Shown here in pieces: positions 53,430 through 64,000 of a stretch of 64,000 nucleotides of DNA; the first letter of the stretch is position 1, and every line of letters starts with the position of its first letter. A model generated the notes under the pieces. The model made no database searches. It worked only from the letters and a program-made list of their open reading frames with translations, and had not been told where the DNA came from. Source of the stretch: Trichoplax adhaerens (taxonomy: Eukaryota; Animalia; Placozoa); contig NW_002060945.1 of NCBI RefSeq assembly GCF_000150275.1, positions 6,625,607 through 6,689,606 on the forward strand, read 5' to 3'. A program made the position numbers and the translations under genes.

Positions 53430-54200
53430 TCATTGGGTTATGAACACTTTGGCGTACTTTTAAATAGTGAAAAGTTTATACATTTTCCAGCCCATATGGT
53501 TTTAGACAGATTCCAAGATATTGTTGTCCAAAATGATTCTAAAATACAACCCTTCTTGAATATACCAATGGAAAAACTTTTCTTACTATTCTCCTGCTTT
53601 GAGCAATTGATTTTCATAATTCTATACACAATTTCAAGTTAATAGTGATGATACGTAGGGTAGATTATATATTTTTAATCTTCCTCGCAAATAATCCTAT
53701 ACTGTACTGTCTTTTATCGTATTGTCGTATCGAACTGTACTACTTTGTATACTCATTGCATGCTCTTGCTACCTGTCGTTGATTGAAATTGCTGATAGAA
53801 TAGCAATCTCATTCCTCAGATTTGCTCTGGTCAGGCTTATATTGTAGCTCATACACTATCGCTGTAGACGCAATGAAGAAAAGCAAAGGAAATACCCATT
53901 AGTTTTATATAGTCTTCAAAGACTTGACATAAACACAATAGCCTAACAAAAGTGATTGCTTTCCACTAATCGTCTTCTCATGTCCAGCTGCAGTGAACCA
54001 TTTTGAATTGAATTCATTCATGTAGTCAATGAAGGAAGTAATACAGTATCTATACTGTAGTATTTCGAGTTCTACTATAGATAGGAAGCTCACACTAAAA
54101 ACTTGTCTGTATGTATATCCATGGCGTTGCAAGCATATTCTACTTGACTGCTTTATCAACATGGATTCGTAGCGTACATTCGTTGTCACTACTGTACAAC
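53430..54200 (-). mobile_element. Decayed, internally deleted hAT (Buster/Charlie-like) transposase relic
   Basis: Minus-strand fragments SKWF/LQLD/E.TISGK..LL.Y (about 54006-53935) resemble FSLQLDESTDISG. LESFW...I (53542-53520) and FKSTPKC (53464-53444) resemble the dimerisation-domain FW..PFASTYLCE. Confidence 0.55.
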
Positions 54201-55863
54201 CTCATCGATCCTTATTCTATTTATGCCTTGTAAATTATAATCAGGAAAAAAAATTCAATTTTCCACATAGTAAATGAAAGCAATCCTTTTTCAACTGAAT
54301 CACTATGACAGCATTGTATCATCAACATCGCACTGAAGACTATTAGTATCAAAAAGTTTCACACTGAAGTCGTTGTTTTGAATCGACTGTGGCTTACACT
54401 TAGCTGGACATTCGTATAGCGGTATGATAGTTCAACATGAATCTATGCTCTAAACTGCCTACAATAGGGATAATGCAGTGATGCTGTATACGGCTAGATC
54501 GCACAGTCAAGTTTCACTAGGATACAAAAACCGCTAGATTTATAGCTTTTACTACATTAATACTACTTAGAAGTACCTTCCATAAATCTACCGAAAATAG
54601 ACAATGATCGTGTCTTGTTTCTGTGAAAACCACAATGAATTTTATTCGTATGACCAACTTGAAAAGGCTGCTGTCTGGTACTGCAGCAGGCGGGTAGTAG
54701 TAATATATCTCCTGCATAAGAAACTCAACTTTTTTGCAATAAACTAGTGTATTTTAATTGTTCGTCTAACATGCAACGAATTCATAGAATTATCAGCGAC
54801 TTTGGGGGAATTATCACTGCATGCCTTTTATTAAGGTTAAGCCCTACACTGACTGTTAACATCATTCACCAAACAACAGCCATCGAGTAATGCCTTAATT
54901 GCTTGCATTAAGAATTTCTCTTTTATATTTCCCTCCTGTCATGTGCACAACAAAATGATTGGCAAAGAAAAAAATAAGTTACCAATCGTATTATCGTAAA
55001 TATTCCAATATTGAAATGTTGGCATGATGCTTTGTAATGGCAGTATCCACTATATGGATCGAGGCACCATATTTGCATCTATTTGTACCTTCATAACACA
55101 AGTGAATGGAGTAAAATAGTCTACATATGGCATCGTAAAGCAGATTTGCATTCAATAGCCTGCCATCGGACAGTGAATAGTTGTAAACTTGTAAACAATG
55201 CTTATCCTGCAAGTCAGAGAAATAGAAATGTTGATCATTGCTTATATTGTTATTGTCGTCCATTCAATGGTCACACAGTCAATTTTCACTTCTATTATCA
55301 TGTACTTAATCTAGTGAATGCTGCAAAAGATAGAACTGCAAGCCAAAGATCAATATTTGGTTGAGTATTTAGTATTTACTACGACGCCTCATAATACGTA
55401 TATTTATGCTTGAACGATAAAGCTATATAGTGTGGACGACATCCAAATGATCAAGCATTAATGTATTTTACGCTACCAATAGACTAGATACTGCAATTCA
55501 ATGCTTACTTTTGAATCACTACAAACGTTGTGAAATAAATTGGTTGATTAGTACCTGAAAATAACTGGATAAAATCGAATACGATACGCTGTACGCTGGT
55601 CGAGATGTATTAACTGTGAATACCATTGTGAATGGATCAGATGTTAATTTGTTCAGTTAGCGTAGAATCAAAAAAGCCGCTGAGAGACCAATAGATTCTA
55701 CATCGTATAATTGACTGTAGACAATACTCTCAATGCAAGATCATGCTGAATGAATGTTAACCTTACTATCCAATGGACAATAATTTTAATGACCGCCGAA
55801 TGTTCTGATTATTGATTGATTTTATCTATCATCATAGGAAAACTTGAAGCATTATCCACTAGA

Positions 55864-58800
55864 ATGGGAAGGAAAAAAATTAGCATTACTAGAATTGGTG
55901 ACGAACGTAATCGTCAGGTTAGTAACAACTCCTGCTAATGAGCTGTTCAACTAATAATAAGGATTCCCCCTAAGAAATGCTAATTACTTAGTAGAGGCAA
56001 TTCTTTGAAATGTTGCCGCGGTATTCAGTGCGTAATAAAGCGCTCAATTTGTTGTTATTTATTGGTTGATAAACCATTTGGTACCAGTCTTACGAAACGC
56101 TACTTTACATCTTGTTGACTCTTGTCTACTTGTCAGTTATATTGGTCTTTCATATGATAAGCGTAACTGGATAGCACTTGTACGAAATAATATCGATCAT
56201 GTGGAAAATAAGACAGTTATCACTTCATCTGAACCTTATGTCACTATCACTAAATATCAGATGCTATTCTGAGAGACAGGCTATCTAGAGCCAACTTGAT
56301 TATCTACTTTTTCTAATTGTCAGTATATTAATTGTTACTTTCTGTTGATCGTCTTCATTCTCACTTCTAATTATTAACCGTTACTTGTTTGTATTCAAAA
56401 TCAATATTATTCGACGTTAGTAAGATTTAGATATACTGCAACTATTACCCTCACAATGGACTAGTACAGTACTTCTTCCAAAAAATAATAATTTTGAAAA
56501 AATTCTCCAACGTAAAAAACCCATTAAGCTAGAAGACGATATGTCATTCCTCACGAAACTTACTGATATACAATATTGTACTCGTAGAAGTATTGTATCA
56601 CCTTATATCTTTGTCTCTTACGACATTACCTGATGTTCAACTACATTTCCCATAACTTTACTATACTTGATCTAACCTGTATCAGGTCTACTGTACTGGA
56701 AGGAACACTACTTCATTATTAAATATAATATGCTATCATGGAGCGCCACTTATAGAATTATCTTACAATGAAAGTATGCCGTACATTGACTATTGTTTCT
56801 TCTTTAGCACATACTATATATGATGTAGCAAATGCAGAAGTCACAGAAACGATGTAAATGAATAAGTTTACAACATAATACCGTGATTGTAGAATAAAAC
56901 GAATCCAAGTAGTAGCCAGTAGATATGGTATAGTTTGAAATTCTTTCAAAATCTTACGTCATGACTTTCCTGCTTCATGATTTACGTACGCGTAGTATCA
57001 TCTCTACGTGTTGCGATTTATTTTACTTAGTGTGATCGCGTAATAACATAACAATGTATGGTTATATTTCCGAACAGTTGCTCGTGTATTAGTAACATCA
57101 AAAGATTTCATTACAACTCAACATGTATCTGGAAATATAATTTATTGACCCAACTATGTCAAAGGCTGTTAGTTTAAGACTTTATCTTCCCTACAAAGTT
57201 TACCTAATGTACAATACACCAAATTTAATAATAAATATTGACTTGAATCTGAAATTTATTGTAGTATTCTAATAACTCAATAGCAGTGATTTGCAAATGT
57301 AGCGACCATAGAGGTGAAGGCCTTTTTACCTCTTTGGTAGCGACTAAGAAATGGTGTAATGTCTTTCTAGCCAAATTAGTATCTATATTTCATGATCGAG
57401 TACGTATTTTGGAAAAATATCTACGGTAGAAATACCGAACGATATATGACACTAGTATCATGTAGGACATGATGACATAATTGAAGATGTTTCAAAAATA
57501 TCAAATCTGATATTCTGTTCAAAAAAATAGAGGGAATAAATGTGAGCCTAAAATTAATGTAGAAATCGTACCTTTCATAAAATAAGGGTATTACTTAGCT
57601 ATTAACGAAATCAGATGCCATTTTTGATATCAGACTAATAGCTATGCTGTACTTGTAGTCATTTATTGGACTGGGACTCTTTGGGTCAGATGTGTTATCT
57701 TATAGTACGATTTTTAACCATCTAATAGGTCACCTTTACGAAACGGAAATTTGGTCTTATGAAAAAAGCTTATGAACTTAGCGTTTTATGCGACTGTCAA
57801 ATAGCTTTAATAATTTTTAACTCCAATAATAAGTTATTTCAATACGCAAGTAGCGATATGGATTCCATTCTACTGCGATATACACAATTTAATGACCCAC
57901 ATGAAAGTCGTACAAATGATGACATAATAGAGGTTTGTAAATTTATATTTTGTATTATTGTAATGATGATATCATTGTAAGCGACCGTTAGTGCATTTAA
58001 CCTACGTAAAACTGTAAATGTAAGAGGCCTTGAATTATGCTATTACCAATGCAGCGTTAGCTACTAAAAGTTTGCTTTAAAATATGCTGGAACATACGTA
58101 ATACAGTTTAAAATCATCGAAATGATGTCGAATGCACTGTTTGTTTAATTTTGTTACGCTATTTGTAAATAATTGAAATCTAATGTATTACCTAGACTCT
58201 TAACAAGAAAGACAGTAAAGGATTGGATTCTGGAGATGACGAGCCCGACGTAAGTGTGATATATGTACAAGCGACAGAAATAATCGTACTTACGTTATTC
58301 CATTGTGAAGTCCGAATAGATTTCAAGTGCTATCAATTTACTTTAGCAAGTAATACACGTCATACATGCGTGCTGTGTAACCTAGATCCTTCAATTTAAT
58401 TTATTAATACCGTTGATTATCCTTTAAATGACGTTATCATCTTCATAATACTGTATTAAATTTACATTATCAATTCTTAATTTCTATTCTTAATACCTAT
58501 AGTACACGCTTACTCCTAACACCGAAGCCAAATATAATAAAATTGATCAAGAGTTTGAACGCGTTATTCGTAATCCTTTACAAGGACCGGTATTGAACGA
58601 TAAATAGTTCTGAATATTGTCTTTTCCTATATGCATTAAGTGGAATCGAAAGCGTACGCCTCTTAGTACCTACTAATTATAGGAAGTATTAAAAGTGACT
58701 TTGACTCCGTTGTATAGGGTGTAGGTTCAACGGGTGCCTTCTCACAAATGTCAGTATCTGTACCTGTTGGACAGGGTGGAATGGCTGGTTCAAATTATCA

Positions 58801-60182
58801 GCACAGTCAGCCAGGCACAAGCAATACTCTCCAAATACAGTCTAATATTCCTCTTGGTGGCGATTCGCGAATGTTGACTACTGGAAATGTTATGACTAGC
58901 ATTTCACAATCCAGACCTATTCTTAGAGGAGACGTTGTGCAGAGATTCGCACATATTCAGCCCGCGAGAAGTTCTAATCAACATTATGCTGATCAGCACA
59001 TGACTAGTAAGCTAGGAGCTTTTTCTCAATTTTAACTCTTGAGTGATGGATTTGATAATATTAGAATATTATTGTTGATCCGATGTTGCCTTGTAAAAAC
59101 AGTTTATTTTTAGTAATGATGGCGATCGTTATGTTACAGTATTTTAAGAATTATATAAACAGTCAATAATGGCAGGAATTTGAACGCATATTTATTGTTT
59201 ACAGGTGTTAATACTCAGCCCACTCGTGAAATAGAGCAGTCTCCTGTACTTACTAAGAAAACTCAAAGTCAGGAGAATTCTACGGTTGCATCGGTGCCTC
59301 GAACATCTAATAGTACATCAATGTCATCAACTTCTACCACGCCAGCTGCAAGCGCGAATTTGAATGACAATTCTAATAGCAATGCTGATGCTCCGTCTTC
59401 TAATAATAGGATTAATACTTCTTCCCGAACGAGCGCACCTTCAACCCATGAGACCACTCCTCATCCAAAAGGATCTAGACCTGAACTAAGAGTTATAATT
59501 CCTTCCAATACTAAAGTAATTACGCTATTATAATCAGATTTGTTGATGTAAATTGCTTGAGGCAAAAATTTCTAACCTTATTGATAGATACCTTATGGTC
59601 CTCAGTCAGATGTTCCTCCTGCTTTAGCAACACCTGTCATTTCGTTAGCAACTCCAAGCTATCCAAGTCAAATGACTTTCCTGCCCCTTACGAATACTGA
59701 CTTTCCACTTAGTGCTGATATCACCGTCTTAAATTCTCCATCGCCGTGGCAATCATCAGGATTACCGCAAGTTAGGTAATTTTTTATTTATTAGACCTGT
59801 TTTATGAATGTTTATTGAACACTATTTCAAGACTTGCTCATATTTTAACTTGTTTCTAATTAAACTATTTATAGCGCTTCGGGAGTTCTATTGTCATCAG
59901 GCATTAATCAGTCAACATCAGTTCCTACTGGAGGATCTAGTTCGATAATAAATTCTAATAAGGTAATGAGATTGCATGAGGAGTCATTGCGGAGTCTTGT
60001 TACAACTTCTTATATAATCACTGTAAATTTGGTAAACTGTCAGTATTGTTTATATTCTGTATTTGCTTTACTAGGTTCAACATTCATCAGGTGTAGAAAG
60101 TAACTCTTCACAAATGCAATGCCTTGGGGAAGGTGATAGAAATGCTTCTCTAAGTAAGCGCCCAAAACTCGATCAAAATTAA
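55864..60182 (+). CDS. MEF2: Myocyte enhancer factor 2 MADS-box transcription factor
   Basis: Exons 55864-55917 ([18 protein letters not shown]), 57729-57932 (MADS plus MEF2 domain), 58196-58249, 58503-58589 (LTP.TEAKY.KID.EF), 58718-59006, 59205-59515 ([10 protein letters not shown]), 59588-59775 ([12 protein letters not shown]), 59875-59962 and 60075-60182 (KRPKL NLS). Confidence 0.93.
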
Positions 60183-61878
60183 ATGTGCTATATTAATATT
60201 GTACTTACTCGTATACAGTGGTACAGAAATTACAATACTATAAAGTGTAGTAACAGCAACTAATTTTAGAAATTGATGTAATTCCATGTACCTTCATAGG
60301 TAATACATTAAATAGTTTGAACTCTCAAGTATGATTTATTACACTATTATGCTACATTTAGTAGACTGATAATAATAATACTCTTAATTAAGATTACTTT
60401 TAAGAATACTTAAATTAATTATCAGACGATAGCACAACCTGATAACATACGCGTAGATGAATCATTAATTCATTCCTGCAGATTACTCAAATTTAAGATT
60501 TAATTTCAAAATATTCATGCTTATTGACTTTGGCTGAGTATTTCTATGAATAGGTATCAGAATTTAACTAAATCACCTTTTAGCATTATCACAACAGTGA
60601 AACGCATTATTATCATAAGGCGATATATATATACGCGTATTTGCGCACCTGTTTTACTCATATATAACATTTGCTTGTATTATTTATGAAATCAATTCAA
60701 ACCATGCCTGTAATACTCGTATTGTTAAAATATTCATTCGATACTATAAGTGCGACATCGATTTTCTGTAAGACTTTTACTTGTTACTATTTGATGTTGG
60801 TTCAGAGAAGATCATGATATACCAGTATAGCCTGCAAATTGCGATATCAACTTATTGATGTTGTCTCAATGGACAAGACGAAGCACTGATTGTATATTTC
60901 AAATACATTCGTCGAGTTTTTAGCGGAACTTTATTTGTTGTATAGCAAGCGAATGAGCGATAAATTATTATCAATTACAGCTAACCCATACTGCAAAAAG
61001 TTTTTTGGTGCTTTGTGGTAAACCTGTATTGGAAAGCGATAACTATTATCATAAGTCTTAACTTATGATAATGCTCCACATCACTCTAAAAATTAAAGCC
61101 TTTGTTACAATTAAATAAAAGCTTCTTTGATGATCTCGCCCTCAAATTATGATGTCTAAGAAATCACAATGAGGCTTTACTACGACAGTATAGTAAATTA
61201 AATTATGCCAGTATATATTCATCGATATTTTGGACAACATTTTAGATAGTGTAATCTCAACTTTACAGCCCATAGCAGAATTAACTTTTACGATAACTGC
61301 TTTTTGTCAGTGATTAATCTACAATTCCTATGCTTCATGTATTATTCACTCTTCTAGATTGCATGGAATATGATAATATGTGCTAATCACTAGTCACTAG
61401 CGCCTATGTTTATGATCGATGAGCCCATTAATTAGGTTTGCACTCTTGTCTTCCAAAGATATACTAAATAAAGGTACGTAAGTATGACTAAATGGTGCTA
61501 TTGATAGCTAGTTACATCCAACTTGTGGTATGCTGCCTACGCGTATAGGCAAAGTAGTACGGTATGGTATTTCAAATTGATCAAGTAATTTGCATAAACA
61601 CTGCAGTAGCTCACACTTCTCTTCTATAAGTAGTACGGTAGCTGGATGATTAACGTTCGCAGGACTATAATTACCATGATCATCAATTAATCAAATAACA
61701 AGCCATTTTATTAACATTTTAAGTTTGAGCAATTGACATCTATTAGCCAGATGTGATCGCGCCTAAAAGACTTTTACGATACGGTATCAGAAATATATTA
61801 CCCTCCTACACTACATTGTTCTACCATAGTTGAAAGCATATAAATGGGGTATTGAAAATAATTAGCATTCGATGAAGC

Positions 61879-62856
61879 TTATGGCTGCATGCGTAAAGCA
61901 CCATCCAATCGGATGACTTCCCCATTAAGCATAGGATTTTCAATAATAGACTGAGCTAACTGAGCGTATTCATCAGGATCTCCAAGGCGTGAAGGATATG
62001 GGACCGATTTGCCCAATTGTTCTCGGACTTTCTCAGGTAATCCCATCAACATTGGCGTAAGGAAAAGACCTGCAGAAGGATGCGATAGAAAGTTACCATT
62101 TTATTGTACATTGGAACAAAGCAATAGAAGGATAATTTGTTACTGTCGACTTGATAGCATATGCAGTAAATTATAACACTTTTACTCATTTATTGAATAA
62201 GTGTAGTTGTCGCTGAAAAGTCAGAATACTTCTGTCACTTAAATACCACCTACCGGGTGCAATAGTACAAATACGAATTCCGTTACGAGATAAATCCCTA
62301 GCAATAGGCAGAGTCATCCCAACTATAGCTCCTTTTGAAGCCGAATATGCGGCTTGACCGATTTGTCCATCATAAGCAGCAACACTTGCAGTGTTGATAA
62401 TAACTCCACGTTCGTCAGGATTGCTTGCACTAGCACCAGGTGAGACATCACCCTGAATCATTTCTTGGGCACATAGTCGGATAACATTAAAAGATCCGGC
62501 AGTATTGACCTGCAAGCAAGCTCAATATTAGCTATAGTAACTCAACGCATAGCAATACCTTTTTATAAAGCTACAGTATATAGGTAAATAATTCTTGATA
62601 TTTTAGTTACTGCTACAGTATATTACACAACTTGATTAACAGCAATGCATGATGTAGTATGTTTTGACTCTAGTTTTGACGTGTAAGCATACCGTACCAA
62701 TAAGACTTTGGCAAAGTCATCATAAGGATGAGGGCCTCTCTTTGTAAGAGTCCTAGTAGCTATAGCAATACCAGCACAGTTAACAACAGCACGAACACGA
62801 CCAAATTTTTCTTTAGCAAGTTCGATAGCATTGAGTACGTCTTGTTCCTTGGTCAC
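61879..62856 (-). CDS. HSD17B10: 3-hydroxyacyl-CoA dehydrogenase type-2 / 17-beta-HSD10, 3' part (5' exons not found in the window)
   Basis: Exons 62856-62698 (VNCAGIAIA), 62509-62254 ([40 protein letters not shown]) and 62069-61879 ([30 protein letters not shown]). Confidence 0.93.
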
Positions 62857-64000
62857 CTAAATATATCCATAGCATGACATATTAATTTATATATTTCAAG
62901 AATTTACAATTTTCTGTAATCACGGAGATAATAATACTAGGAGCACTAGAATCCTCGATTATTACATTTGATTTTCGTAATTGACATTGAAAGAGGATTA
63001 ATATGTTTATTGGAGTAGCCAAAGTAAGAAAAATACGGTGTGCGTTGGATTTACTACCGAGATTCTGACAATATTATTCGCATCTATCCCGTGTACTCCT
63101 AGTATGATTGAAACCAATTTCAATCTACAGAATTGGAGAGTGACATTAACCACGATGATAAGGCGAATAGAAATGGTAAAATTTTAAAAAGTTTTTAAAG
63201 TTCAGAATTAAGATTAAAGCTACAAATTATGTTAGTTATCAGAAGAAAAACTGCCAAGCAAAGGCCAGCATGTCCGCGTCAGTTGGTAAGGTAGAGATTG
63301 AAAAATAAGTTCTTTTCTGAGATACATAGACTGGCTGGTAGTTCGTTTACATGTATTTTATCTAATGGTTGTCTACGCATATAGTATTTACATGTTTATC
63401 ATCGAACATCTGAATAAAGTACATTCAGTATCACTGAACCTTGACTTCATGAAGGCTCAAATACAATAATATACGCGTAATACTTTGCTGTTGTTGACAT
63501 CATCACTAAAATCAATCAAGCGTAAACAAGAACATTCACACTACTGTTCTGAATACTCGTTCAGCGCATAATCATACTATTTCTTTGCTGTAAATTAGAA
63601 GTGTCATGAAGATTAAAAGTGCTTATTTGCCAGCTTGCATGCAGAATATCGATCATCTAGATGTAAGCTTTGCAACGATAGACGGACGATACATGCGTAC
63701 CTAATATTGATGTAGCTAAAAGTAAGGGGTTGTTCATCATTCTTCATTTGCGTCTAATTGATGATTACCGTTAGTATGTATAATGTATGTATAGACACGA
63801 TGATTTCATACTGATCCGTTACAACTACAGTAACGCCTAGTAACGCTTGCCCTAGCTGTTTACGTTGAACTCCGTTGCTTATTTTTAGTACCGTAAAAAT
63901 GGAGTAAAACTGCTGCACTCATGTTCATTTTATGGACGTAGTAACGCTGTAAAAAATACATGTAATCCATGCATTTAACAAAGGGAGGAGTGATTGCGTA

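Noticed and set aside
54780-55370. Possible further hAT relic (YHC and TVRW fragments)
   Set aside because: The fragments are short, lie on opposite strands and are not collinear.
62857-64000. 5' exons of HSD17B10 (TGGASGLG motif)
   Set aside because: Not found on the minus strand here; they presumably lie beyond the window.

Overview
AT-rich eukaryotic DNA with compact GT-AG introns from an animal genome; the style is consistent with a non-bilaterian such as a placozoan, which is an inference only. Bases 1-43.2 kb hold a tandem/inverted cluster of ER-type UDP-glycosyltransferases (GT1/UGT family). There are nine 3-exon genes or gene copies: one partial, one with an exon-1 frameshift, one clear pseudogene and one lacking its C-terminal ER-retrieval tail. 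Two heavily decayed UGT relics and a small 4-exon SVIP gene are embedded in the cluster. To the right are METTL25 (12 exons, +), an intronless TM2D1 (-), MEF2 (9 coding exons, +) and the 3' part of HSD17B10 (-). The TM2D1-MEF2 interval is a DNA-transposon graveyard: an amplified promoter-proximal repeat, a 488-bp hAT MITE with an 8-bp TSD, and decayed piggyBac-like and hAT/Buster-like transposases. The most striking signal is a non-coding excess of TACAGTA/TACTGTA seen across the window and piled up at 50.1-51.9 kb. Paralog comparisons show it arises as 5-bp insertions at TA sites, which matches Tc1/mariner (Sleeping Beauty-type) excision footprints. All gene models were spliced by eye and no database searches were run.
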